IMG/VR virus record: IMGVR_UViG_3300024518_005299
Coordinates: 1 to 64,000 of that record
From: a virus
Strand: one strand, 5' to 3'
Length of the DNA: 64,000 nt
Made by a program: the position numbers and the translations under genes. Positions 18,570 through 28,640 of this stretch are shown in pieces. A model generated the notes under the pieces. That model had not been told where the DNA came from, did no database searches, and saw nothing but the letters and a program-made list of their open reading frames with translations. Each line of letters opens with the position of its first letter. The first letter of the stretch is position 1.

Positions 18570-19385
18570 ATGGGTAAGATGACGGAGGAGAAGGCAACTA
18601 GGGTAGTTGAGTTATATAAGAAGTACGGCACCGGAGAGAGAGTGGCGAAAGAGTTGGACGTCACTCTTTATATGGTGTATAAGCATCTACGAATGAATGG
18701 GATAGAACCCAAGAAGAATGGTAGCTGGCAACAAAAAGCTGACGCTCAGGCGATGGTTGACCTATATCAACAGGGGCAGTCTATTACACAGATTGCTGAA
18801 CAGTTTAAAATGGCACCTAGTTCGGTTTGGGAGCGTCTTACGCATGCTGGGATAGAGCTACGAAGTCGTGTTGAAGGCTTGGTTGCTGTTGGTTATAAAA
18901 AGCGTGGTGCTGATGAAGAAATTATTAAAATGTATCAAGATGGCATGAACGCAATGCAAATAGCAAAGCATTATGGATTGAAATATCAGGATACTATATG
19001 TGAGGTGCTTCATAAACACAACATCAAGATTGAAATTCACGGTGAGCGCAGCCCCCATTGGAAGGGTGGCAAATTAGAGTTAAATAAGATGGTGAGGAAT
19101 TGTGCAAAATATGTCAATTGGCGAGATGAGATTTTTCGTGCATCTGACTATACCTGCGAGGTAACGGGTCAGCGTGGGGACAGGCTCAATGTTCACCATA
19201 AGAAGACATTAGCTGAGCTACTAGATGACTTCATGCAAGCCAATCCTAATGGATTTACATCTCAGGAAGAGCGCTTGGCGGCTATAGAGAGCTTTGATCC
19301 TTTTTGGGATAAGGATAATGTGATGGTTGTGACGGAAAAAGTCCACCAGTCTATGCATAGCTCCGTTAGTGTATTAGATATATAG
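18570..19385 (+). CDS. HNH endonuclease with N-terminal HTH repeats
   Basis: Three HTH-like repeats, SPHWKGG, WRDEIF..SDYTCEVTG...LNVHHKK...N...H. Confidence 0.85.
   Translation: MGKMTEEKATRVVELYKKYGTGERVAKELDVTLYMVYKHLRMNGIEPKKNGSWQQKADAQAMVDLYQQGQSITQIAEQFKMAPSSVWERLTHAGIELRSRVEGLVAVGYKKRGADEEIIKMYQDGMNAMQIAKHYGLKYQDTICEVLHKHNIKIEIHGERSPHWKGGKLELNKMVRNCAKYVNWRDEIFRASDYTCEVTGQRGDRLNVHHKKTLAELLDDFMQANPNGFTSQEERLAAIESFDPFWDKDNVMVVTEKVHQSMHSSVSVLDI
19366..19376 (+). promoter_or_regulatory. putative late promoter TTAGTGTATTA inside the HNH 3' end
   Basis: Motif copy 20 nt before the next ATG, ahead of an AGGAGGT RBS. Confidence 0.6.
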
Positions 19386-19395
19386 GAGGTCCATT

Positions 19396-20331
19396 ATGGC
19401 AACTAACGGTAAGATTTTAACAGTGGGCACTGCAGCGACCGAACTGGATATCTTTATTACAGCCGGTCAGAATGGAGTGCCCTTAGACCCTACAAGTATT
19501 CGCTTTAGGATTTTTGATCCTACAGGCACTGAAGCTGTAACAGAAACAGTTGGCACTAAACGAGACGTTGGGGTATATACTGCGTCTGGTGCTCTTATCC
19601 CTACTGGCTTTCCTCTAGGTGAAGATTGGAGTATCCAGTGGGATATTGTAACATCTAGCACAAGCGGTTCATCTACAGAATTATTCTGTGTAGCCAATGC
19701 AACCCTCGCGACATCATTTGCTAACCCGGCGGATAACAGCATAGAAAGTCTTTTTGACAGGGTGCGTATTAATGTTGGTGATCCTAATGGGTCAATCTTT
19801 AATGATGGATTTTTAAGACGTACAATTAGAAAAGCAGTCAGTCGTTTAAATCGTCGTTTGGGGTTAGTGCAAGTATCACAGAATAGTCATTATGTTTGGC
19901 TTATTGCATTCACATCTAGAAGCAATACGCCAACCCTTACTTTGGATCTTCTAAATGGCATAATTGATCCTGATACGGATCCTTATGCCGACATTCTCGT
20001 CCTACAAATGGAGGAAATTCTATTAACGGGAGAAACTGTCGCTCTTGGGCGTCTTAATCAACACACCGCAGGCACATTTGGTAGTGGCATAGTCGGCATC
20101 GGAGGTGATGGTGTGTCAGTGACTGATGTGGATGGCACAACAATCTCCAAAGCAGTGGGGCGCTTGTCTCATAGAGCAGATCTAGCCAAATTTACACTTA
20201 AGAATATTCGCGAAGAGCTAGAGAAGGCTATTGCAGATCTTCGCTGGAGGCTAGCTGGTGGCGCGGGCATAGATGTCACAATTCCAAGATTTCTCCATGG
20301 CGGCTATGGAGGTCATTACGGGGGTTATTAA
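19396..20331 (+). CDS. putative head-tail adaptor
   Basis: After MCP; RVRINVGDP...FNDGFLRRTIRKAVSRLN. Confidence 0.55.
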   Translation: MATNGKILTVGTAATELDIFITAGQNGVPLDPTSIRFRIFDPTGTEAVTETVGTKRDVGVYTASGALIPTGFPLGEDWSIQWDIVTSSTSGSSTELFCVANATLATSFANPADNSIESLFDRVRINVGDPNGSIFNDGFLRRTIRKAVSRLNRRLGLVQVSQNSHYVWLIAFTSRSNTPTLTLDLLNGIIDPDTDPYADILVLQMEEILLTGETVALGRLNQHTAGTFGSGIVGIGGDGVSVTDVDGTTISKAVGRLSHRADLAKFTLKNIREELEKAIADLRWRLAGGAGIDVTIPRFLHGGYGGHYGGY

Positions 20332-20664
20332 ATGCTAGTATTCTTCAGATATCCTAAAGGATCAACTATTATTAATGGCAAGCGCATCTATGGTTATTTA
20401 GAGCGCCATGCTCCCGTGATAATTCCTTGGGAGGTTTACAAGATGTATCGGGGCAATTTGATTCAGGCATCTTACAACAAGCATATTCTGGAAGAATTAT
20501 TTCCAGGTAGTGAATTTCCCAATCTTTCTTTTACATATCATGAGATTCGTTTTTTGAATTGGGAGCAGATGTGCGCGCTCTGTAGCGCGCTTGGTTTCAC
20601 GACCAATCGATCTAATACTTCTCGTCGAAATAAGTTGAGAAAGTTTTTTAAATTTCATTGCTGA
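20332..20664 (+). CDS. hypothetical protein
   Basis: Abuts the previous gene. Confidence 0.7.
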   Translation: MLVFFRYPKGSTIINGKRIYGYLERHAPVIIPWEVYKMYRGNLIQASYNKHILEELFPGSEFPNLSFTYHEIRFLNWEQMCALCSALGFTTNRSNTSRRNKLRKFFKFHC

Positions 20665-20673
20665 GGTATACAT

Positions 20674-21222
20674 ATGGCTTTATTGTTCGATCAGCAAATT
20701 TTAGACACACGAGCTGATTACGTCAATCCGTTTCATGTCGAGCGTGGAGGTATTCTTTCGCTAACGGCATTGAGTGGCGTCCAGTATGCTACTTATGTAG
20801 GTGCTCCGGATAACAACACAGTTCCTTTAGGTCTAGCTCAACATGATCAAGAAGAGGTAGATCTTTACAGGGCATTGGCGCCATGGATTTATGCTAGGCG
20901 TTATTCTGAATACACACCATATCCTTATATTATTGCGGGCACTGTTATAACTAACGCTATTCATCCAGATATTGATGGTTCAACTATTATGCCAGGAGCA
21001 CCCGCTTATCTGGCATCATCTGGTCTAATTACGACTGTGACCACCTTTAGCAATCGAAGGGTTGGGACTTTTGATAGCTTACTAAACGATCCCACTCTGA
21101 GAATTTCTGCTGATACTAGCAATGGGTCTGCTCTACGCGTGGGAGGCAGACAATCTATTGCAGATCCTCAACCGGTGATAGTTCCCACTGCAGGTTGGGC
21201 ACGTATCCGTATCCATATCTAA
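20674..21222 (+). CDS. second decoration-like protein (paralog of 16940..17419)
   Basis: PLGLAQH, GTVITN, PGAPAYL..SG, RVGTF, ARIRI align with the first copy. Confidence 0.65.
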   Translation: MALLFDQQILDTRADYVNPFHVERGGILSLTALSGVQYATYVGAPDNNTVPLGLAQHDQEEVDLYRALAPWIYARRYSEYTPYPYIIAGTVITNAIHPDIDGSTIMPGAPAYLASSGLITTVTTFSNRRVGTFDSLLNDPTLRISADTSNGSALRVGGRQSIADPQPVIVPTAGWARIRIHI

Positions 21223-21226
21223 TCTT

Positions 21227-21826
21227 ATGCTACCGAAATCTGCTAAAATGATTCAAGAATTTCTAGATGCATATAAGGCAGTCTCTGGATGGGATCCTTA
21301 TAGAACTGAGCGTACTAGATCTATTCTATCTATAGTGCTGGAATATATTGAAGGTGACGTGTTGGAGATTGGTGCGCACCAGGGTAGGACCACCAAGATA
21401 TTCTGTGAGGTGGGCCTGAAATATAATCGCCATGTATTTGTAGTAGACCCTTGGGATGGAAGACAACAAGGTAGTCAAGCCGCTTTTGACACATTCAACG
21501 TCGCCACAACTGCATGCAAGAATCTTATGGTGCAACGCAAAGGTTCTGAAGATCCCATAGTGTTAGAAAACTTTCAGAAAGATGATGTCAAATTTGCTTT
21601 TATTTTGATTGACGGCATGCACTCCTATGAGGCTGTTAAGAATGATTTAGAGAAGTATAAAGGCTTATTGGAATTACACGGCATTATTTGTATTGATGAT
21701 TGGCATGGGCCATATGGGTTTTCTAAAGCGATTCGTAGGGCTGCTGTAGATCATTTAGATACTAATTATCAGGAATTTAAAACACCCGATTCCTTCATTG
21801 AACACTATTTTATCAAACTATCATAA
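21227..21826 (+). CDS. class I SAM-dependent methyltransferase (Methyltransf_24-like)
   Basis: VLEIGAHQGRTT, ILIDGMHSYEAVKNDL, GIICIDDW. Confidence 0.85.
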   Translation: MLPKSAKMIQEFLDAYKAVSGWDPYRTERTRSILSIVLEYIEGDVLEIGAHQGRTTKIFCEVGLKYNRHVFVVDPWDGRQQGSQAAFDTFNVATTACKNLMVQRKGSEDPIVLENFQKDDVKFAFILIDGMHSYEAVKNDLEKYKGLLELHGIICIDDWHGPYGFSKAIRRAAVDHLDTNYQEFKTPDSFIEHYFIKLS

Positions 21827-22365
21827 TGGTTACTAAAAATAATATTACACCACTAGGCACGCCCGATGATGATGGTTCATTTTCTGATATTCAATCAGGA
21901 TTTGGCGAGTGCTATGCTAGCTTGATGGATAGTTCGTTTGCTGCGCTTGGGCGTAATATTATCTTACATCTACAACCACAGAAGATTATTGATACGTCTG
22001 GCGTGCAGGCTAGCACTCCCGCCGTGCATTACAATCCTTTTATGCGTAGAGGTGGACGACAAGTTCCTAGCACTATTTCGACTACGCGCACTCCAGCCGT
22101 ACAATTAATACATCGTGACGTGACTTACATAGCGAAGATTAAGCATGGTCCTAAGAAGGCAGACGACAAGGGTGGTCTTGAGCTTCTAGATGATGAAGTA
22201 ATGACTACTCTAGTAATAGCTGCACAGCCCCATGTAAACGTGGCGATATCAGCAACTATAGATGGTAGGCGCTATAGCAGTGCTGAATACGTACATCCCT
22301 TTGGTTTCCAGACAAATAGATATATTTTGGTAAAATGGAAGCGCATTAACGAGAGTGAAAACTAA
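21826..22365 (+). CDS. putative head-closure/neck protein
   Basis: Position; C-terminal IDGRRY...HPFGF...YILVKWKR. Confidence 0.5.
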   Translation: MVTKNNITPLGTPDDDGSFSDIQSGFGECYASLMDSSFAALGRNIILHLQPQKIIDTSGVQASTPAVHYNPFMRRGGRQVPSTISTTRTPAVQLIHRDVTYIAKIKHGPKKADDKGGLELLDDEVMTTLVIAAQPHVNVAISATIDGRRYSSAEYVHPFGFQTNRYILVKWKRINESEN

Positions 22366-22367
22366 GC

Positions 22368-23369
22368 ATGACGCGCAAGATTGATCTATCGCTTCAGGCA
22401 GAAATGGAGAGTTTGGGCGAATCTCTTCGTAAGGTGACTGCTGCAGCATTTGCGGGCGCTCCCGGCGTAGCTCCTTCAATTAAGGGCAAGCGCAAATCTG
22501 CCCAGCTAACTTTTAAAATTCGTAGTGCTAACGAAAAACAAAGTTTAGAAAGTCGCGCTCGTCGTGAAATTTTAGGTAAAGTTTTTTCAGATCGCGCTCC
22601 TGAAATTGAACGTGTGATGAAGACCGCGCTACAAGCTGCAATTGCAGGGCTGGTAGGCGCAGGTAATGCAAACGTCAAAGTATTCAATCGATCCTTAGGT
22701 GTAGCAAAACCAAAGCGCGCATTAGAGCAAGAGGCTTTTGCGAAGTTTATCAAGAGTAAGGCGGGCGCTGGTGAAATTGGCTTGCCAGATCCTAATGAGT
22801 CGATTCGTAATTTAAAGGCTGCCCTCCTACAATCTATTACTGTAGATGTTGTTGTACGTAAGAACGGACCTCAAATTAAATTTGTCTTTGATCAACGTAG
22901 GCTATTGAAACTTACGCCACATCCAGACCAGTTCGAGGGAGGGACAAGAGCCAACTTCTTCTCATGGCTAAGTTTGGTTACGGGGCCTGACTTTTTAAGG
23001 AGTGGCATTAGTGGCTATTCGCTCGTAAGGGCTAGTGATATCAAGGCTTCTCTACGCACATCTAGTAGCACTAGAGGGGGTAGAAGTTCTAGAGCTAGTA
23101 TTCGTCGTATCAACATTGCAGAGAACCTCATAAGTCTTTCTCGCACACGAGGTAATGCTGGGAATTTTGCTGGCATCATGATGCGTAATCGCGCCAAAGG
23201 TGGTGGTCGTTCACCCGCAGAGGCATTCGGTGGACAGATTGAAGATTATCGTCCTAGTAGCCGCTTTGAGGGCTTTTGGGATACATACTGGTTAAAGGTA
23301 AAAGCTGAATTGAGCATTTGGGGTAAGAGGATAGTATTAGCAACAACTAAACAATTGCTAAAAGGATAG
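22368..23369 (+). CDS. basic putative tail-completion/neck protein
   Basis: Arg/Lys-rich, between neck genes and tail tube. Confidence 0.4.
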   Translation: MTRKIDLSLQAEMESLGESLRKVTAAAFAGAPGVAPSIKGKRKSAQLTFKIRSANEKQSLESRARREILGKVFSDRAPEIERVMKTALQAAIAGLVGAGNANVKVFNRSLGVAKPKRALEQEAFAKFIKSKAGAGEIGLPDPNESIRNLKAALLQSITVDVVVRKNGPQIKFVFDQRRLLKLTPHPDQFEGGTRANFFSWLSLVTGPDFLRSGISGYSLVRASDIKASLRTSSSTRGGRSSRASIRRINIAENLISLSRTRGNAGNFAGIMMRNRAKGGGRSPAEAFGGQIEDYRPSSRFEGFWDTYWLKVKAELSIWGKRIVLATTKQLLKG

Positions 23370-23376
23370 GATAAGG

Positions 23377-24177
23377 ATGGCGACTGGAGTATATCAAATA
23401 CGGAATATTGTGAATGAGAAATGTTATATAGGAAGTGCTGCGGGGAAGAATGGGTTCGACGGTAGGTGGGGTATTCATTTACATTATTTAAGACATTCCA
23501 CGCACGCTAATAGTTATTTACAAAATGCATGGAATAAACATGGAGAGGATGCTTTTGTTTTTGAGATTATAGAAGAATGTGTGTCTGATCAATGCTTGAT
23601 GCGTGAACAACACTATCTAGATGCTCAACAACCAGAGTATAATATCAACCCTACGGTAAGTAGTCGTCTTGGTGCAAAACTTAGTGATGAGTCAAAGGCT
23701 AAAATAAGTAAAGCTCATATGGGTAAAAAGGTATCTATTGAAGAAGCTCAGCGTCTTAGAACATTAGCCTGTGGGGCAAAGCGGTCTGCTCAACATCGAG
23801 AGGCGATTAGTCAAGCTCAAAAAGGTAAATCAAAAAGTGATGAACATAGAGCTAAACTATCTCAAGCAATGATTGGTAATCCAAATCGTGTGGGAACTAA
23901 ACATAGCGCACAGTCTAAAATTAAAATTGGCGCTGCTCATAAAGGAAAGGTGGTAAGTCAAGAAACACGTATAAAAATATCTCTTGCTATGAGTAAGCGT
24001 GTAGGTTCACAAACACCATCAGCGAAGTTGGATGAAAACAAAGTTAGAAGCATTTTACAAATGTTGAATAATGGCGTTAAGCAAAAAGACATTGCTAATC
24101 AATTCAATGTTTCTGTTAATACTATTTCTAGAATCAAATTAGGGCTGGCATGGAAACATGTTACGGGAGGTGTTTAG
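23377..24177 (+). CDS. GIY-YIG homing endonuclease (NUMOD3-like repeats, C-terminal HTH)
   Basis: TGVYQIRNIVNEKCYIGS; repeated S.E.R.KIS....G units. Confidence 0.9.
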   Translation: MATGVYQIRNIVNEKCYIGSAAGKNGFDGRWGIHLHYLRHSTHANSYLQNAWNKHGEDAFVFEIIEECVSDQCLMREQHYLDAQQPEYNINPTVSSRLGAKLSDESKAKISKAHMGKKVSIEEAQRLRTLACGAKRSAQHREAISQAQKGKSKSDEHRAKLSQAMIGNPNRVGTKHSAQSKIKIGAAHKGKVVSQETRIKISLAMSKRVGSQTPSAKLDENKVRSILQMLNNGVKQKDIANQFNVSVNTISRIKLGLAWKHVTGGV

Positions 24178-25236
24178 GTGTTCCATAAGTTGAGATTTTT
24201 GTTAAAGCACAGCTATAGGGAGTTTATTGACGCCGAACTTTTAAGAGACGGAAATTATGACACTATAACATCAGGGCAACAGTTTTATGATGGTGTTGAT
24301 CTTAGTAAATTAGTACCAGATACTGATGCTGAAGTGTTGGCTGAGGGTGGCTATGCCGCTGGTCAAGTTTGGCAATCACTTTTTATTAATTGGTGCTATC
24401 AAAATCCGCCAGCTCTTAATCCGTCAGTCATTCTGAATCATTGGCCTACTGCTTTTCGGGCAAGTGGTGTTTATATTGATGGTGCATTTCGTTTAGAAAA
24501 TGACGCTGTCTATCCTCATAGCGTGGATCACCTTAATGGACGTATCATTTTTGATAGTCCTATTACAGATTTTGATAAATTGATTCATGCAGACTTTACT
24601 TATAAGACAGTCAAGGTTTTAAATTTACGTGAATTTAATAATCAGTTGAGGAATGGTATATTAGAACAGCAATATAAAACTAACCCATTTACAGGAGGGC
24701 AATTAGTTTACCCATCAGGTAGCAATAAAATCGTACCACTCCCCATTATATTTGTCGAAGATGTGGGGCGTACTTTTGACGGAGGATACCAATTAGGCGA
24801 TAGGTCTCTTATCGCGCGTGATGAGTTAACTTGTGAGATTTGGGCATTAGATGAAAGTGTTCGAGATAATCTTATTGATCTTGTGTCCTTTCAGGAGGCA
24901 AAAAATGTCCCGATTATTAATTATAATATTGCCCCATTTCCTTTGTCAGGACTTAAAAATGAGTTAAGTCCAGCATATGTACCATATATTAGTTTAGCAT
25001 TAAATGAGCCTCTGCCAGGACCGGCTTTCTCAGGATTGAATCCTATAGCATATAGAGGGTTTATTAAGGAAACTGAGCTGGTAGATTTAGACACCAATTT
25101 CGGTGAATCTCATACTCAACAGGACGTCTTTGAGAGCGCTGTGGTACGTCTGGTGGTTGAGACTTATCCCATTATGCCTACGACCCCATTTGGCTTCGAT
25201 ACCAATTTAGAGGGTGACGGAGGTCTGGAGGGCTGA
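24178..25236 (+). CDS. putative tail terminator/neck protein
   Basis: Directly upstream of tail tube; IWALDESVRDNLIDLV. Confidence 0.45.
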   Translation: MFHKLRFLLKHSYREFIDAELLRDGNYDTITSGQQFYDGVDLSKLVPDTDAEVLAEGGYAAGQVWQSLFINWCYQNPPALNPSVILNHWPTAFRASGVYIDGAFRLENDAVYPHSVDHLNGRIIFDSPITDFDKLIHADFTYKTVKVLNLREFNNQLRNGILEQQYKTNPFTGGQLVYPSGSNKIVPLPIIFVEDVGRTFDGGYQLGDRSLIARDELTCEIWALDESVRDNLIDLVSFQEAKNVPIINYNIAPFPLSGLKNELSPAYVPYISLALNEPLPGPAFSGLNPIAYRGFIKETELVDLDTNFGESHTQQDVFESAVVRLVVETYPIMPTTPFGFDTNLEGDGGLEG

Positions 25237-25260
25237 ATAACTAAGGATAAATAACGATCT

Positions 25261-25271
25261 TTAGTGTATAA
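25261..25271 (+). promoter_or_regulatory. putative late promoter TTAGTGTATAA
   Basis: Motif copy upstream of tail tube, followed by two inverted repeats. Confidence 0.7.
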
Positions 25272-25332
25272 TGAAATGAGCATTATGCTTATCAGATGCA
25301 TCTGAATAGACTACGCAACTTAGGAGGTTAAA

Positions 25333-26715
25333 ATGTCAAACAGGAGAACTTTTTATGCCATCGAGCAGGTGGCTATCAAAGACAATGCTGTTGCTCCAAC
25401 TAATAGTGTGGCACCACTTCACGCGCGTGAATACGCTTCGGGTCTTTTTGCTTGTGATGCTATAGATGAGGTAGCCGGCCTATGGGAGGTCCCTCGTGGT
25501 TTGCAGTCGATGTCAATGTCGACTAATTTCAATCGCGAAACTGTCTTCCAACTCGGTCAGGTTGAACTCTACGAATATAGCGAGCGCCAGCCCGATATCG
25601 AAGTTACCCTTGAAAAAATTATCGATGGTACCAAGCCGTTGTGGTTCATGCTAACCGATCCGTCATTTACGGATCTAGTTGGAAAAACTGCGTTCTATCG
25701 TAGCGATATTGTTATGAATATCTACTCGGATACTCAATTCCGAGCCAATACCGCAACCCCATTATCAACAGTATTAGCTTCAGGTATGTATTTGTCCTCA
25801 GTGACATATACCTTCCCGATTGATGGTGCTGTAACTGAATCAGCAACTCTAGTTGGAAACGACAAGAAGTGGGCTAGCTTTGACGCTACGCTTCCCACTG
25901 AAACTGTTTCTACCTACCCACCCGCACTCACCCCGACCGATAGTGAAACTCCAGTTGGCGTACCATCTGGCGTGTTTGGTCATGAAGGGGATGCTGGCAA
26001 GCAAGAGCTAGCTGGTGGCGATGGTGGCTTTGGTATTCTAGTTGTAGGTTCTGGTGTGCAGCGTCGTGAGGAAGTCGACATCCGTCGTTCGATATTACCG
26101 TCCGATATCCCAGGTGTCCTCGTCGCTCTCGGTTCTGGCGTGAGCACTGTGCAATTAGAACAGAAGGGTTATATGGCTGTGGGTTGTTCTGGCGCCGTTG
26201 ACTCTGCCGGAAATGCACGCACTCAACTAGTAGCTTCTGCCAACGCAAGTGGTGTCGTTGACCATATCCAGTCAATTACTGTCAATGCAGATATTGGTAG
26301 GGATGACGTCTTCGAACTCGGTTCGAAACGTCCATTCTCCAAGTATGTGACCTTCCCTGTGGAAGTAACAACTGCAATTGAAGTAGTGACTTCACAAGGT
26401 GATCTAGTAGATGCTGAGGCGGGGGTTGATTGTGAAACATCTTCTCAAACCACAGATAATACTATCATCATTCGTACTTGTGATGGTCTCCAAGTTGATG
26501 CTGGCGATGTTAACGTTCTAACGAATATTGACATGGGAGGTGGTGAAGCTGGTGGTGATAATATGACCATCACTTACAACTACAGTTCATTCAACAGTCT
26601 TACCGTGAGTCATGATAGATTCCATCCGAATCACCGTGTGTTGGTGTTCGAGCGTGGTGGTAAGTTCAATGTTGGTGCTGCGCCATTCCCCAATTTATTT
26701 GATGATGGTGCGTAA
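25333..26715 (+). CDS. major tail (tube) protein
   Basis: TAGGAGGT RBS, own promoter motif and terminator; internal repeats ETVFQLGQ / DDVFELGS; upstream of chaperones and TMP. Confidence 0.75.
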   Translation: MSNRRTFYAIEQVAIKDNAVAPTNSVAPLHAREYASGLFACDAIDEVAGLWEVPRGLQSMSMSTNFNRETVFQLGQVELYEYSERQPDIEVTLEKIIDGTKPLWFMLTDPSFTDLVGKTAFYRSDIVMNIYSDTQFRANTATPLSTVLASGMYLSSVTYTFPIDGAVTESATLVGNDKKWASFDATLPTETVSTYPPALTPTDSETPVGVPSGVFGHEGDAGKQELAGGDGGFGILVVGSGVQRREEVDIRRSILPSDIPGVLVALGSGVSTVQLEQKGYMAVGCSGAVDSAGNARTQLVASANASGVVDHIQSITVNADIGRDDVFELGSKRPFSKYVTFPVEVTTAIEVVTSQGDLVDAEAGVDCETSSQTTDNTIIIRTCDGLQVDAGDVNVLTNIDMGGGEAGGDNMTITYNYSSFNSLTVSHDRFHPNHRVLVFERGGKFNVGAAPFPNLFDDGA

Positions 26716-26736
26716 TAGCAATAGTTAGGGATTGAT

Positions 26737-26773
26737 AAAGGCTCGCCCTCCTAGTGGGGGCGAGTCTTTCTTT
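26737..26773 (+). terminator. intrinsic terminator after tail tube
   Basis: AAAGGCTCGCCCTC-CTAGT-GGGGGCGAGTCTTT then CTTT. Confidence 0.8.
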
Positions 26774-26792
26774 GGGTATGGGAAGGATAGGT

Positions 26793-28097
26793 ATGGGAGA
26801 CGAGGTTGATGTTACTGAATTATTAGATGCAGTAATCTGGGGACGTCGCATCATTGAAGTCAGCGACGATACCACATTTGTATTACGTCCGCTCACATTG
26901 GAAGAGCGCAATATGGGGAATTACATCTACAAACAATCCATGAAAAAAATGGCGGCAGATGGCACCTTAACGCGCGAACAGCTCATCAAGCAGTCGATTC
27001 AGCATGGATTATGGAAAGCTGACTATAGCGATGATTTAGAAAAATTACGTGCAGAGGTAGTAGTTCAGACAAAAGTGCTTGAAGAAGAAGAGGCTGATAA
27101 AATGCTTGATAGTCAGGGTAAGCCAAAGCGTAAAACTCCCACCTCAAAATATATAAAGCTTAAAGGACGGATTGATAAACTCACAGAGACCATCCGTAAG
27201 CTCGAAGAAGCCTACGCTTCATATATCGAATTACCGAGCGCGGAGCATCAAGCAGAGTGTTCAAGGGGTACTTATTTCCTACATTGCGCAACGCTGTCTT
27301 TCCCTAGCATGAATCCAATTTGGCCTTCTCTGCAGGATCTAAAAGATTCTACTGACACCGTCCTAGTATTAGAGTTGATGCGCGCCTACTACGCTGAATC
27401 AATAGCGAGTGAGGCTGAAATTCGTAGGATAGCCCGTTCAGGATTTTGGCGCTGTAAGTGGATGGGGTCAAAAAAGAATCGTGGTGTAAAAACACTCTTT
27501 GATAGAGAAATGTACGATCTGACTATGGATCAATTCCAACTAGTATATTGGTCACAGATTTACGACTCGGCATATGAAGCTATGGAGCCGCCATCTGACG
27601 AGGTTGTTGATGATGATAAGCTATTCGATCGCTGGCTTGATGACCAGAATCAAAAGCGTAAACAAAAGAATAAAGCGTCTGCCTTCAATAAGAAGACTAA
27701 CCACCTGACTAGGGGCGCTGATGGACAAGAGGTCGGTTTTGACGCACAGGGCGAATTCTGTGAAGACTGTACGTGCGGCATTAAAGACACGGCAGCAGCT
27801 CGCGGTTATGATAAACGTGGGCATGTTCACGATCCTAGTTGCTCTTATGGAGTTTATATTTATTATAACAATGATAAAAGGCAATCTAAGGTAGAAGAGA
27901 TTCAGTCTATTAATCCACTAGTGGTACGTAAAATACTTGGCAATGAACAAAAGCGTCTTGAGGTTGCTGGTGTCGAGGGTATAAAAGAAGAGCATCTCAG
28001 AGGAGATAGGACTCGTTCTGCGCTAGGTATGGGGACGCAATATCATGGTAGTGGAGAGGCAGGTAGAGGTAAACAGGGCAGAGTACGCCCCAGTTAG
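26793..28097 (+). CDS. tail assembly chaperone-like protein (long form)
   Basis: Between tube and TMP; N-half similar to 28633..29352; start moved to the ATG after the terminator. Confidence 0.6.
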   Translation: MGDEVDVTELLDAVIWGRRIIEVSDDTTFVLRPLTLEERNMGNYIYKQSMKKMAADGTLTREQLIKQSIQHGLWKADYSDDLEKLRAEVVVQTKVLEEEEADKMLDSQGKPKRKTPTSKYIKLKGRIDKLTETIRKLEEAYASYIELPSAEHQAECSRGTYFLHCATLSFPSMNPIWPSLQDLKDSTDTVLVLELMRAYYAESIASEAEIRRIARSGFWRCKWMGSKKNRGVKTLFDREMYDLTMDQFQLVYWSQIYDSAYEAMEPPSDEVVDDDKLFDRWLDDQNQKRKQKNKASAFNKKTNHLTRGADGQEVGFDAQGEFCEDCTCGIKDTAAARGYDKRGHVHDPSCSYGVYIYYNNDKRQSKVEEIQSINPLVVRKILGNEQKRLEVAGVEGIKEEHLRGDRTRSALGMGTQYHGSGEAGRGKQGRVRPS

Positions 28098-28106
28098 GAG
28101 TAGATA

Positions 28107-28640
28107 ATGGAGTTTGAATTAGTGATAAAAAAGAGATTAAATGGTATGACGGCTCGTCTCTTAGCCAATATTGAGCATACTGTAGGCGTCAAGCTTAATC
28201 AAATACGTAATAGTGATGAGTTCACATTGACGGGTGGTGATCTTAATATTATCCGTAATGAGATCCTCAATGCTGCTGGGGACACAACTAGGTCTCTAGC
28301 GCCCTTAGTAAGCGTGTCTAAGCCTGGTCAGATATCATTTAGCAGGAATACCATTGCGGCACTTAATAAGGCTGAGGTCGATATTTTAGAAACATCTGAT
28401 ATACCACTATTTAAAGTCTTCGGTGATTTTAATTTACTGTATAAAATTCGCAAGGAAGTGGGTGTCGGTGTAGTGTATAATAAAACATATACGTGTGTGG
28501 GAATTGACGATATCGTGGATTCTCTTATACCGTTTTTGGATTCAGCACAGATTGCTGGTATCAAGATTGCTGACGGTGAGTATTGTGGTTGGCGAGATGC
28601 TGTATGTGAGCTATATCTGGAGGAATTAGGAGATGAGTGA
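28107..28640 (+). CDS. hypothetical protein
   Basis: AGGAG RBS. Confidence 0.75.
   Translation: MEFELVIKKRLNGMTARLLANIEHTVGVKLNQIRNSDEFTLTGGDLNIIRNEILNAAGDTTRSLAPLVSVSKPGQISFSRNTIAALNKAEVDILETSDIPLFKVFGDFNLLYKIRKEVGVGVVYNKTYTCVGIDDIVDSLIPFLDSAQIAGIKIADGEYCGWRDAVCELYLEELGDE

Noticed and set aside
22368-26715. Tail sheath gene
   Set aside because: No sheath-sized ORF with sheath features before the tube gene
27470-27476. A-AAA-AAG slippery site in the long chaperone gene
   Set aside because: The -1 frame stops after about 10 codons, Lys-Lys codons are common here, and no stimulator was seen
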